Below are positions 14,761-32,008 of a stretch of DNA of 64,000 bases, piece by piece. The notes beneath the pieces were generated by a model. The model saw only the letters and a list, made by a program, of their open reading frames with translations, had not been told where the DNA came from and searched no databases. The DNA is taken from assembly GCF_009914755.1 (NCBI RefSeq), contig NC_060939.1; one strand, given 5' to 3'. Within the stretch, counting starts at the first letter, position 1, and the number at the start of each line of letters is the position of its first letter. This DNA comes from the human T2T-CHM13v2.0 reference genome, Homo sapiens. A program made the translations under genes and the position numbers.

Positions 14761-16364
14761 CTTTTTTTTTTTATATTTAGGGGGAACGAGTATAGGATTC
14801 TTACATAGTCAAAAAGCTCCTTATAGAGAAGCTCAGAACTTTCAATACAGCTTTGCCTTTTTTGCCATTTTAATTTTCCATTTAATTTAAATGTATTCTC
14901 TCATTTGACCTTCATACTCTGTGGAGAAATATTCCTATTTCGGCTTGTATTGACAAGTTGTTTTCACACAGCCCCCACATCACCCAACCAACCAGCAGAG
15001 ATCCTCCTTCCCAAGAAACAGATAAAGAAACTGAGGCCCAGGAAGGCTAAGAGTCCTGCCAGGATTATTCACCTTTCAAGGTAAGGAGCCAGTTCCAGAC
15101 CTGGGTTTGTGCAGCTCCAAGCTCCCCCGTCTTTCTACAATGCTAGATTTAGACTAAAGCAATCTAGCAAGTGTGGCCACACAATGGTCAAGTTGGATTT
15201 AGATGATGTTCTCTATAAATCCATTCTCCTCTCCCGTGTAAGCAAGGCAAAGTACTCCAGGCCATGGGGAGTCCCTGAAGACTCGATGAACTGCAGTGGC
15301 CACATCAGGAGGTTGCAGGTTAACCAGAACTCACCGACACAGCAGGAGAGCAGCTTGGAACCTGCAACCTAGCCAAAACCTAGTGCCTTGGATTGGGGGA
15401 GAAAACATGCAGCCATTCCTCTCTCTCTGCTGGCTAGAGGGGATTCTGGCTTTTCCTGCCAGAGCCACCCCTTTCCCTCCTCCTAAAGTTGATGGTGGTT
15501 CTTTAAGGAAAGGGAGAAGTGCACGGTGTGATAGGGCAGGAAGAGAAGAAAACGGAGGAGAGGAGGGGACTTTCCCATAAGCAGGCAGAAGAAAAGGCAG
15601 CTGTGGTGTGTGATGGACATGGATGCAGTGGTGTCCAATGTGGGGTCAGCCCTAGAGGAGAGACAGAGAGAGAGACAGAAAAGTGAGAGAGTCCTGACCC
15701 TTATGATTAACATGGGATCTGCCTGCAAATGCTGTTTAGGGTCATCGCCTCTTCCTGTACCGCTATTTTTGAGAGTGATGCTCCTGAGCCCCACGACCCA
15801 GTCAAATTTGATGTCCCTTTGAGCCAGATTCAGTGCTGGGAGTCCAGTGTGATCTGCCTGGATCTTGCTGCATTGAGAACAGGCCAGATCTTGACCCCAA
15901 TACAGGGGCTGGATATGAACAGGCAACAGCTGGGTTTCTGAGTCAGAAAGACTTGGTTAATTGCTAATTGCTTAGGCAAGTAATTTAATTTTTGTTGCGT
16001 CAGATTCCTCAGCTACAAAATGCACATGACAGTACTTATTCCTCCAGGTTGTGGGGAAAATGGAGATTCTAAGCACGATGTCCATTTCACAGAAAGATAC
16101 CAATTTGGTGGCTTATTTCCTTTCTACCTTCAGAAGTGGCTATCCCTGCCACCCAAACAGACCCTTGACTCTCAAGTGGACGGGGTCCCATTTGCACAGG
16201 GGGAGACCTTACAGCCTACGTTGAGTCTATACTTACCACTTAGTGAGCATGGTATCCACTCAGGGGCCTCTGTGGGCATCTGTCTCCTCTGCAGCTTCTT
16301 TCCTCCCCACTGCTGGGTCTGCACATGACCCCCTCCTTGGGTTAGGCCTCTGATCAGTGATGAC

Positions 16365-16620
16365 CTTGGTATGGTGGTAATGGTCAGTCTTGGCATCAAA
16401 TGAGCCAGTTTATATCATCAGCTATTCAATAAAATACTAATCTAGGTGTCACCTTGAAAGTATTTTGTGACATTGTTATGTACATATTGTTACAAATGTG
16501 CATGATGCATTTACTACAGCATAGAATTTTGCCTGGGTGCCACCCTGAAGTCTGTCTGACAGACCATAGCCATGTTAGTCCCACAGTCGTAGGGGCCAAT
16601 TGATTAAATTATTTTATCTC
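16365..16620 (+). mobile_element. MLT2-like ERVL LTR remnant, interrupted by the next element
   Basis: aaatactaatctaggtgtcaccttgaaagtattttgtg and cccacagtcgtaggggccaat resemble MLT2; the (TC)(CA) tract typical of MLT2 resumes at 17562-17596. Confidence 0.55.
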
Positions 16621-16623
16621 CCT

Positions 16624-17561
16624 TGAGAACTAAAACTAAAATCCTAAGGCCCCCACCCATCTTAACAGACCCCCTGTTGGCCAATGGAACCTCAAATAAA
16701 TCTTAAAATTCAGTTCTTGGCCATGACAGGACAGGAAGTCAGACATACCTCCCTGTACCTCCCTCCCTCTTATGGTTTAGACCCAACAACTGAACAGCAT
16801 TAATGTTAAAATAGAGATCATGAGACTGACAGAACAGACTCTTTGTGGCAATAAGACCTCAAATTATAAACAGGACCTAGGGCCATGCCAGGCGAGGGTT
16901 AAGTCTTGTACCCTACTCTTAAAGAATTAACTAGATTCTAACTACCACATGGGTTTTATTTTTCTCTAGCAGCCAAGCAAGCACTGGCTGTGAGAGATGG
17001 CTGTGAGAGAAGATTAAAACAATTACAACTCACCCAGTTCACAGATGCTGAGTAACTGATCTCCTGCCCCACTAACCTTAACGACAGCTTTCTCTGGACA
17101 AGGGACTGATTTCAGTAACTTTCTCCTGATAAGAGACCATCCTCCATGGACTGGTTCTGGCCAGTTTTAGAGGCTGTGCCTTTACGAGGCTGAGTACCTT
17201 CATGTCCCTGCTTCACTTCTTGATGTGTAGGGCCTAATTATAATACATTTAAATGTCAAGTCTCCACCCCAGAATGAACATGCATGTTTATTGAATATGC
17301 ATGTGTTAGGACCTCTTTTATGAGTATTCTCATAAAATGATATAGCTCCTCTGATATCCTATTGAGTATGTATATGTAGCCAACTCATTTGGCTCAAATT
17401 CCTGTCCTCTCCCTCCCTCCCTGGAAATGCCTGCCTCTGGCCTTGGCTGTAGGCCACACTTCCCAGCCTGTCATAATGGCCACCTTGCAGACTGCAAACC
17501 TTTATAAGAAATAAAGCTCTCTTTTCTAAATTTATAAAATTGTGTGATTTTTCAGTTGATG
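16624..17561 (+). mobile_element. MER4-family (MER4D/B-like) ERV1 solo LTR
   Basis: Starts tgagaactaaaactaaaatcctaaggccccc and ends aaataaagctctc...ttcagttgatg; ~940 bp, with AATAAA near 17509. Confidence 0.75.
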
Positions 17562-17596
17562 CTCTCTTTCTACACACACACACACACACACACACG

Positions 17597-18705
17597 CAAT
17601 TTATACAGAAGGAAATCTGGAGAATATATGTGGGAATGGATATTAAGTGTGTGGCACCATGGTGAAAGTAACATAAAGTTGGATTAGGCTAAATTTATTA
17701 ATGTTGGCCCACTAAACAGAGATTCTGGACTCAGAGTTGTAGGTCAAAGCTTTAGAAAGGGCTCCAAGGGTTGGTTTGATCGGTTACTTGGTTGGTTGCT
17801 TGCTTGGTTGGTGGTGCTTGCTTCCTTGCTTGGTTGTTTGGTTGGTTTGTTGCTTGCTTGCTTGTTGGTTGATTGGTTGGCTGTTTGTTTGGTGACTTGG
17901 TTGGTTGGCTGAAACAGAATCAGAGTTTACCTAAGGTACATAAAGTTGAGATGCCACAACTTCCTTGGTTTATGTGTACAGAAAGGTATGCAAAAACTCA
18001 GGGAGACTGGATTTATTATGTCAGACCTGCTCACTCACGCTGAAGGGTCTACAGAACATACTCCTCACAACGATCATGAGAAAGAATATTGTGAGAGGAG
18101 CCCAGTATCCTGGAAGAGCTTTGAGCTTGTGCTCTCAGTAGGCAAAATGTTACAGCAGGAACTGCAGCCACTGGACTGGGATCTTTAAGTAAAATGAGGA
18201 TAATTGAATCCTGGGGTGGCAGGGAACATGGGCTGTCCTTAATCACCAAAGATGAGGTGGGTGTGGTCACCACAGTGGAAAGCAGTGTCAAAGCAGCAGT
18301 CAGAATGGTTTGACTCACAGACACCCATGGCATTGTGTAGTCCATGGTATCCACAGGGAGAGCTAATGGGCTGTACCAAAGTCTTAGTTGTTGTTTAAAA
18401 AATGAAGAATTCTAGGTCAACTGAATAAAAGATTAACTCAAATTAATGAAACACAGATCTAAAACCCTCAATCAATTCCCAGACTTGAGCCAGTTCACAG
18501 GCCCACAACCCCTTAAGTGAAGGGGAGGCTGGGTGATCTTGGGGAAGTACGCTGCTACATTGCCAAAAATTTACATTGTTAATCTTTTCCCCAGTCTTCC
18601 CCAAAGGGACCTACAGCCTTCTGCCAGGATGACTGTGACTTAAAGAAAAGAAAATTCTCAGATATTTGGGGAATTACTGGACACTGGCTCTCATTTGACA
18701 CTATT
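17597..18705 (+). mobile_element. ERVL internal sequence (decayed gag-pro)
   Basis: aaatctggagaatatatgtgggaatggatattaag and ccagacttgagccagttcacag match ERVL gag; protease motif LLDTGS is encoded at 18674-18691. Confidence 0.8.
17768..17910. repeat. (GGTT/GCTT/GTTT)n compound tetranucleotide repeat inside ERVL gag
   Basis: Directly visible. Confidence 0.88.
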
Positions 18706-18847
18706 ATCACTATGTTGCCTAGGATGGATTCATGCTTCTGGGTTCGAGCAGTCCTCCTACCTCAGCCTCCCAAAGTGCTGGGATTACAGACATGAGCCAC
18801 TGTGGCCAGCAGAGCTTTGAAACTAGAACATGGAGGTCTAGTGGTAA

Positions 18848-19511
<664 letters not shown>

Positions 19512-19985
19512 AATGTTGGTGATTCTAAACAGCAGCCGCTAATGTGAAAACCATCCAACTGGAAGACCTGGCCTTTCCCAGAGGACACAGTCTGGGTGGT
19601 GGGCAGAGACTTCAGCTGCCTTCCAAGGCAAGCAGCTCCTTGCTGCCCGCTTGCTGGGGATTTTACTTACAGGGCAGAAGCTGGCAAGTGATTTGGGGGC
19701 AGGAATTGCTTCCTGGATGGTATAGGATGAACCACACTCCCCAGGAAGACACTCATCCTGGTGGCCTAACAGAAGTAGCCCTCACCCCAAAAGGCAATGC
19801 TGCTCCACTAGTTTTATGGGGTGACTCCTTCCTGTAGGTTCCTTCCAGCTTTACCAGAAACACAGAACATCTTTCCTGACAGGGCATTGGTTTTGTTTTT
19901 GAACAGAGAGATCCTTCTTTTAAAAAGTTAGTTTTTTCTTTTTTTTTTGTAATGGAATCAACCTAGGTCCTAAGCCTAGCAGGTT

Positions 19986-20295
<310 letters not shown>

Positions 20296-20344
20296 ACAGG
20301 TTATTTTTGCTGATCTTCTCCCTCCTCCCACCCTCTACCCTCAA

Positions 20345-21205
20345 AGAAAATGTGGTACATCTACACCATGGAATACTACGCAACCCTGAAAAGGAACAAA
20401 ATCATTTTTTTGTTTTTTTTGTTTGTTTGTTTTTGCAGCAACATGGATGTAGCTGGAGGCCATTATCTTTTTTAATTATTTTTATTATTTTTTATTTTTT
20501 CTATTCTACTTTAAGTTCTGGGGTATATGTGCAGAATGTGCAGGATTGTTACATAGATATACATGTGCCATAGCGGTTTGCTGCACCCATCAACCTGTCA
20601 TCTACATTAGATATTTCTCATAATGCTGTCCCTCCCCCAGTCCCCCACCCCTCCAACAGGTCCCAGTGTGTGATGTTCCCCTCTCTGGGTCGATGTGTTC
20701 TCATTGTTCACTTCCCACTTATGAGTGAGAACATGCACTGTTTGGTTTTCTGTTCCTGTTTCACTTTGCTGAACATGAGGGTTTCCAGCTTCATCCATGT
20801 CCCTGCAAAGGACATGAACTCATCCTTTTTCATGGCTGCATAGTATTCCACAGTGTCTATGTGCTACATTTTGTTTATCCAGTCTATCACTGATGAGCAT
20901 TTGGGTTGGTTCCACATCTTTGCTATTGTGAACAGTGTGGAGGCCATTATCTTAAGTAAATTAACAGAATGCTGCATGTTCTCACTATAAGTGGGAGCTA
21001 AATGTTGTGTATAGGTAGACACAGAGAAGGGAACAGATACTGGGTTCTAGTTAGGGGGAGAGAGGAAGGTAGAAGGACAAGAGTTGAAAAAACCAACTGT
21101 GGGGTATTATGCTCACTATCTGGGTGATGGGATCACTCATACCCCAGACCTCAGCATCACACATCGTCCGCATGTAAGAAACCTGTACATGTACCTCCTG
21201 AATCC
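20345..21205 (+). mobile_element. L1PB-type 3' end, interrupted by a younger L1PA
   Basis: agaaaatgtggtacatctacaccatggaatactac...; 3' UTR ...cataccccagacctcagcatcac...tacctcctgaatc. Confidence 0.82.
20470..20937 (-). mobile_element. 5'-truncated L1PA nested in the L1PB
   Basis: Antisense L1PA 3' UTR and ORF2 end; perfect 16-bp TSD tggaggccattatctt (20454-20469, 20938-20953). Confidence 0.92.
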
Positions 21206-21304
21206 AAACTGCTCCACCATTTGCACCAGCAATTCCAAGACTGGGCATCTACCCAAAGGAAAAGAAGTCATTCTACCAAAAAGACACATGCATGGTAAAG
21301 TTCC

Positions 21305-21595
21305 TTTTTGTTTGTTTGTTTGTTTTTTGAGATGGAGTCTCGCTCTATTGCCCATGCTGGAGTGCAGTAGCAATCTCGGCTCACTGCAACCTCTGCCTCC
21401 TGGGTTAAAGTGATTCTCCTGCCTCAGCCTCCTGAGCAGCTGGGATTACAGGCATGCGCCACCATGCCTGGCTAGTTTTTGTATTTTTAGTAGAGATAGG
21501 GTTTCACCATGTTGACCAGGCTGGTCTCGAACTCCTGACCTCAGGTGATCTGCCCACCTTGGCCCTCCAGAGTGCTGGGATTATAGTGCCCGGCC
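21305..21595 (-). mobile_element. AluS
   Basis: Dimer with a small deletion near its 5' end; TSD gtaa(a/g)gttc. Confidence 0.92.
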
Positions 21596-21668
21596 CTGTA
21601 AGGTTCGTCACAGCATGACTTACAATAGGAAAGTCATGGAATCAACCCAGTTGCCCATCAGTAGGGTA

Positions 21669-22612
21669 CCGGATAAAGCAAAAGTGGTTCTTCTACAGCA
21701 TCAAATACTACACAGCCATGAAAAAGAATAAAATCACATCCTTTGCAGCCACATGGATGTAGCTGGAGGGCATTATGCTTAATGAATTAAGAACAGAAAA
21801 TCAAATACCACATGTTCTTGACTGGATAAAGCAATTGTGGCCCTTCTACACCATGGAATACTGCACAACCATGAAAAAGAATAAAATCATATCTTTGCAG
21901 CCACATGGATGCAGCTGAAGGGAATTATGCTTAGTGAATTAACACCAGGAAAAGAAAATCGAATACCACATGTTCTCCACTAGATAAAGCAAATGTGGTC
22001 TTTCTGCATCATGGAATACTACGCAGCCATGAAAAAGAATAATATCATGTCCTTTGCAGCCACATGGATGCAGCTGAAGGACATTATGCTTAGTGAATTA
22101 ATGCCAGGAACAGAAAATGAAATACTACATGTCCTCAACTGGATAAAGCAAATGTGGCCCTTCTACACCATGGAATACTACACAGTGATGAAAAAAATAA
22201 AATCATGTCTTTGCAGCCACATGGATGCAGCCGGAGGGCATTATGCTTAGTGAATCAATACGAGGAACAGAAAATCAAATACCACATGTTGTGCAGTAGA
22301 TAAAGCAAATGTGGTCCTTCCGCATCATGGAATACTACACAGCCATAAACAAGAATAAAATCATGCCCTTTGCAGCAACATGGATGAAGCTGAAGGGCAT
22401 TATGCTTAGTGAATTAATGCCAGACACAGAAAATCAAATACCACATGTTCTCAATTAGATAAAGCAAATGTGGTGCTTCCGCATCATGGAATACTACACA
22501 GCCATGAACAAGAATAAAATCATGCCCTTTGTAGTCACGTGGATGAAGCTGAAGGGCACTATGCTTAGTGAATTAACGCCAGGAACAGAAAATCAAATAC
22601 CACATGTTCTCG
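21669..22612 (+). repeat. Tandem array of six 153-159 bp copies of the L1 ORF2 C-terminal segment
   Basis: Anchor (g/a)gataaagcaa recurs at 21671, 21824, 21982, 22141, 22298 and 22457; each unit carries gaatactac..cagccatgaaaaagaataaaatc...ccacatgttc. Confidence 0.95.
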
Positions 22613-22742
22613 CTTATAGGTGGGAGCTAAACATTGCCTGCACCTGGACACAATGAAGGGGCACCACAGACCCTCAGTACTAATAGAGCAGGAAGCAGGG
22701 GCGGGGGTACAAGGGTTGAAAAACTACCCTGAGATTCTTTGA

Positions 22743-23187
<445 letters not shown>

Positions 23188-23992
23188 TAATTACAAGGAA
23201 TCAAGTTGAATCATTAGTGCATATATAAATATACATTTTATTTTTAGTACACATTATATACCTCAGGAATGTACAATGCTCAGTGCCTGGGTGACGGGAT
23301 GATTCATACCCCAAACCTCAGCAACGTACAATATCCTCAGGTCACAAAGCTGCCCGTGGATCCCCTGAATCTATAATAATAATAATAAAAATAATAAAAA
23401 TAAATAAAAAGTGACTTTGTCATTCGCAGGGAAATGCGAATGACATTCACTCTGCCTCTCAGGCCCTTGGATTCCCAAAGTTTGTTTTCATCACGCCCAG
23501 GGGACACTCAGAATCTCGTTTTCAGAACACGGGTTGTTTTTCTTAGAAATGCTTTGCAAAACAAAATAGGAAGCAAAATCTTTCTCACTCCTTCCACTCC
23601 GTAATAGACTAAATAAAATGAGGGGGCAGGAATCCAGAGACTTTGACCGCAGTTGGCAGATTTATTGTGGTACAGACATGAAGGCAAGCAGTGTTCTCTC
23701 TGATTCTACGAACCGTACAGCCCAGGCCGGCTGCCTTCTGCTTTCTGGATGGTGCAGGCGTGAGCTCCAAGCCCAAATTTCACCGGAGCTCCAGGAATCG
23801 AGCCTGGCCCAGGCACTCACTGCACAGGGGCCAAGCGTGAAACCAGTGATCGCTCCAGCAAGGTAACAGGACAGCTTGGTGATCCTTCTTGCCGGCCACA
23901 AAATGTTATAGCCAGAATTCCACCGAATGTGGTCTTTCTGTGTATCTCCCCAGACAGCGAAGATGGACAAACATGGGGGTGGGGGGTGGGGG

Positions 23993-24507
23993 GTGCTGAC
24001 CTCAGTGGGGTGTCCTGGAGACGCAGGAACCAGGGTTTACAGGGTGCAGATCCTACTGAAGCAAATGGAAGTGGCATCCATGGGCAGAGCTGGCTGTAGC
24101 ATCCCCCATCTGCCTGTGGTGTCACCAAATGTATCCAGAGACCGCTTGTAAACCTGGAGGGTGTGCTAACGTCAGTGGGGTGTCCTGGAGAGGCAGGAAC
24201 CTGGGTTTCCAAGGTGCAGATCCTACTGAAGCAAATGGACGTCGCATCCGCGGGCAGAGCTGGCTGTGGTGTCCCCCCTTCTGCCTGGGGTGTCACCAGA
24301 TTTCACCGAGAGACCCCTTCTAAACCTGGGGAGTGTGCTGACCTCAGTGGGGTGTCCTGGAGAGGCAGGAACCAGGGTTTACAGGATGCAGATCCTACTG
24401 AAGCAAATGGACGTGGCATCCTTGGGCAGAGCTGGCTGTGGCTGGCCTTCCGGCCTGGACGTCTCCCCCACTGCCTGGGGTGTCACCAGATGCACCCAGA
24501 GACCTCT
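23993..24507. repeat. ~171-bp tandem repeat, 3 diverged copies
   Basis: Anchor (c/g)tcagtggggtgtcctggaga at 24001, 24171 and 24343; all share gcagatcctactgaagcaaatgga; copy 3 has a ~20-bp insert. Confidence 0.93.
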
Positions 24508-24606
24508 CATCTGAAAGCTCATGCATGGGAAGCCTCCAGGTCTCCTCGGCAGGCAGCATCACGTCTGATTCAACTGCGTTATCAGGTAATGCAGGCCTGT
24601 TCTGCC

Positions 24607-27853
<3,247 letters not shown>

Positions 27854-28109
27854 ATCCAGAGGCGTCCTTGGCCTGGGGACCGGGTGGATTTGACGCTTGC
27901 ACAGGTAGAGATTGCCCCATGCAGATGAGCCATGTAGGGGGCTCGGGCCCTAGGGACCCAGCCTCTGGGCCAGGGGTTGGCCTGCCCAGGCCTGCTGGTG
28001 TCTCAGCTGGTGGCCGAGAGCCATAAGGCAGGCATTGTCCTCCACAAGGTCAGCTTTGCCGCTAACTTCCTGTTCTCGTTAATAACCTGATGCAAGGAAT
28101 TCTATTGCA

Positions 28110-28215
28110 ATTGTTTATGTGTCTCTCCGAGAAGGCTGTGAGCAACACAGTATCCCGAGCTCCTGGTCTGATGCCTGACACACAGTAGGTGTTTAATAAA
28201 TGATTCTTCAGTGCA
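28110..28215 (+). mobile_element. L2 3' end fragment
   Basis: tgcctgacacacagtaggtgtttaataaatg. Confidence 0.6.
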
Positions 28216-30414
28216 TAAGTGAAAGAAAACATGGGTGAAGTTAGCATGGTCAGGACCATTGCAACTGCCTTCTGACTGGTCTCCTTGCTTCTCCTTAGTC
28301 TCCAGGCAGCAGTTGGAGTGATACAGTAATGGGAATCACCACACACTTCCTTCTCTGGCCAGGTGCAGCCCCAGACTGGTGCTTCCAGGGAGCCCTTGAT
28401 GCCTTGGTGAGGGGTGTGGGCTTGGAAGCTGGGCACTTACAGCTGTGGGTTGTTGCCACTGTTGGAGTAGCGGAGGCATCGAGCCCCCTCCCGATTTTCC
28501 AGCATGACTAGTGGTGACAATATTGGGTCTCAATGGGTCTCTCCTGCCTCCAGTCCAGTGCCCTTTTTTGGGGACCATTATTGGCTTTTGGGGACCCTGA
28601 AGGAGGAATGGCCTGATTATGCAATTTGGCTGGAGTGGAACGTCCCCATGACGACATGGCAATGAGTCTTCCCCAGCAGGCAGATGCCAGATGCAGTGGT
28701 GACCACACCTGCCATCTGGGAGGATTCCAGGTGAGTCCCTGGTGTGGGGACTGGGGTGGGCTCTCCATCCTCCTATCCCTGGGACAAGTGTGTGGGGGAC
28801 AGCGGGGGCCACCAGGAGCCACGCTAGATGGGCCCAGCCTCACCAGGTCTACTCTGGGACCGGCTGGGCCCCAGGGGGGCTGTGATCTTTCACGGCCATG
28901 ATGTTAGGAGAGAGACAAGGACCAAGGATGGTGATTCCTTCCCAAAGGGCCACAGCCATCCAGTAAGGCCGAGCAGGGAGGAGCTGAGAAAGGCAGCCTC
29001 CCTCCTTTCTGCCTCTCTCCACCATCAGCATCAGCTCTGTTGCCCAAGGTGGTCGCCCTCTGCAGGGGCTGGGGCTTGTAAGGCAACGCCCCCCACCCCC
29101 ACCTGGCGGTGCTTGCTCTCCGATTCCTGGGACCTGCCTGACCTTGACTGCAGTAGGGTTTTATGAGTGGCCTCACCACTTTATCAATTGCTGTTGCCTT
29201 TTATTACTTCTCAGGGGCTTTATCTCAGCGGCCGCCTTACCTCCTGGCTAAATGAGGATTAATTTTTTAACAGGATTATGTGCTGTGGGTTAGCTGTACT
29301 CTCTGGGGACGGCCAGGCGCTCCCCTCCCTCTTAGCCCCTCCCTCTCCCCAGGCCCCCCTTGCTGGTTTGCTGGGAGCAGGGGCTACATGTGGGGGCCCC
29401 AGGAGCTGGGGGCTGCATCATTCCAGACTCTGGGATGGGGGTGGGGTGGCGAGGGCCAGACCTGGACTCTGGGTGGTGATGTCCTTGGGCAGGGCCTGCC
29501 CTGCAGGGTGAAGTTCCTTTAGAGGTTTCAGCCACTTCTTGAAGGACACCAGACTTGGCCACTGAGCAGCTGGGAGTGGGGAGAGATGGAGCAGGAGCAG
29601 GAGCAGGATCAGGGGGACATGGGGAGAGAGAGGATGGGGGCCACCTTGCCAAGCCCACCTGCCCCGGTATCTCAGAGCAGCACAGCCTGAACATGGCCAG
29701 CATCAGACTTTCTTGGTCCTTCTGGAACACAATTTCAATTTTCCACCAAAGTTTGATAAAGGTGAGCCTGTTCTCACCCCTCCTGTGTCTATCGCCTGGA
29801 GGACAAAACCCAGGATCCCACCTCCAGCTCTCCATGCCACCATCTCCTTCACAAACCAGAGGGAGGCCTCCTTCTTTGCCCATCAGGAAAGCCTCTGTGT
29901 CAGTCCAGGGTGGGCCTCCAGACACCAGTCTAGGGGGCTTCTCCCTGTTGCCCCAGGCAGAGCTGAGGCCCTTGTGGCTTCTCTTGTGATTCTTCTGTTG
30001 GGCCTCCTGTCCCCTCTGGAGTTATGAATTTGTGGGTGTGCTTACCTGCCTGCTGTGGGCCCCTGAAAGGGACACATTGATACTGCATTCATATCTAGGC
30101 GTGTGGGAGGTGCCAAGCCTGTTTATGGAAGGAGTGATGAATGGATGGCTGAATGAACAAATGAAGGGATGAATGCATGAGGGAGGAAGGGAGGAGGTCA
30201 TTGGCTCCCTGAAGGGGCCCAGGGCTGACTTGTTCACAGCTTCCTCTTCCCTTGGCTGAGCCCAGGGCAGGCTGGCAGCTGTAGGCCTGGGATGTTGGCC
30301 CAGCAGCCTCGTGGGCAGCTGGGTTGATGGGGTGAGGTCCTGGCCAGAGGGGAAACTGTCCCTTTTCGGGTCTGGCTTCTCCTCCAGAGTTCCTGCTCTG
30401 CAGGTATGTGCAGA

Positions 30415-30750
30415 CCTGGCTTAGCTGATGTAATGAATGACCACAAACTGAGTGGCTTCAAGCAGCAGTCATGCATTCTGGTGGCCTGGGCATCCTTGGC
30501 TTGTGGCTGCATCCCTCCTGCTCAGCCACCATTCTCAAGAGGCCTTCTCTGTGTCTGTCCCTATGACTCCTATAAGGACACCAGCCCTTGGATGTAGGGC
30601 CTGCCTGAATAACCCAGAATGACCTCATCTCCTCATCCTTCACTTAATTCCATCTGCAAAGGCCCTCCATCCAAAAAAGGCCGTATTCACACATTCTGGG
30701 AATTAGGACAGGGTCATATCTTTTGGGGGGACCACGCTTCAACCCATAAA
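30415..30750 (-). mobile_element. MLT1 (MLT1C-like) LTR, internally deleted
   Basis: gaccacaaactgagtggcttcaagcagcag...tataaggacaccag...catctgcaaaggccct...ttttggggggacc. Confidence 0.78.
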
Positions 30751-30844
30751 ATACCCATATGCTTGGCGACCCACCTTCCTCCTCTCTAGGAGCCTCTGTG
30801 CTCACACCTAGAAATTCCGGGTGTGAGTCTATGCCCCTCTGTGA

Positions 30845-31158
<314 letters not shown>

Positions 31159-31167
31159 TGTCCTGTG

Positions 31168-31462
31168 TTTTTTTTACATTTATTTTTTGAGACAGGATCT
31201 CACTCTGTCACCCAGGCTGGAGTACAGTGGTGAGATCGTGGCTCACTGTGTAGCCTCGACCTCCTGGGCTCAAGCCATCCTCCCATCTCAGCCTCCTGAG
31301 TAGCTGAGACCACAGGTGTGTACCACCACGCCCAGCTAATTTTTAAAATGTATTCGTAGAGACAGGGTCTCCCTATGTTGCTCAGGCTGGTCTTGTACTC
31401 CTAGGTTCAAGGGATCCTCCTGCCTCAGCCTCTCAAAATGTTGGGATTACAGGCATGCCTGG
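31168..31462 (-). mobile_element. AluJ
   Basis: agcctcgacctcctgggctcaagc and gggtctccctatgttgc J-type features. Confidence 0.88.
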
Positions 31463-31561
31463 CGTGTCCCTTGTTTATTTGTTCATGTATACCACTCCTG
31501 GGTATACGCCCAAGAGAACTGGAAGCAGGGTCTCAAAGAGATACTTGCACACAGGTGTTCA

Positions 31562-31901
<340 letters not shown>

Positions 31902-32008
31902 GGCATTTAGTATGCCTAACCGCCCTGCCAGCTCAGCCCAGCTGACCTCAGATGTGCTCAAGACACTCCCATTAGCCTCTAGGTAGGCAAAATCAGCTCA
32001 CACAAAGC

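Noticed and set aside
21669-22612. CRISPR-like or regularly interspaced array
   Set aside because: Units are homologous over their whole length with no unique spacers, derive from L1, and the context is primate DNA. The same applies to the 40-, 43-, 53- and 171-bp repeats.
23993-24507. Alpha satellite (171-bp period)
   Set aside because: GC-rich sequence with no alphoid similarity or CENP-B box; the length match is coincidental.
28503-28730. ABO/GBGT1-type glycosyltransferase or GGT exon
   Set aside because: Only a faint resemblance (DAVVTTPAIWED vs DVLVVTPWLAPIVWEG); flanking residues and exon structure do not fit.
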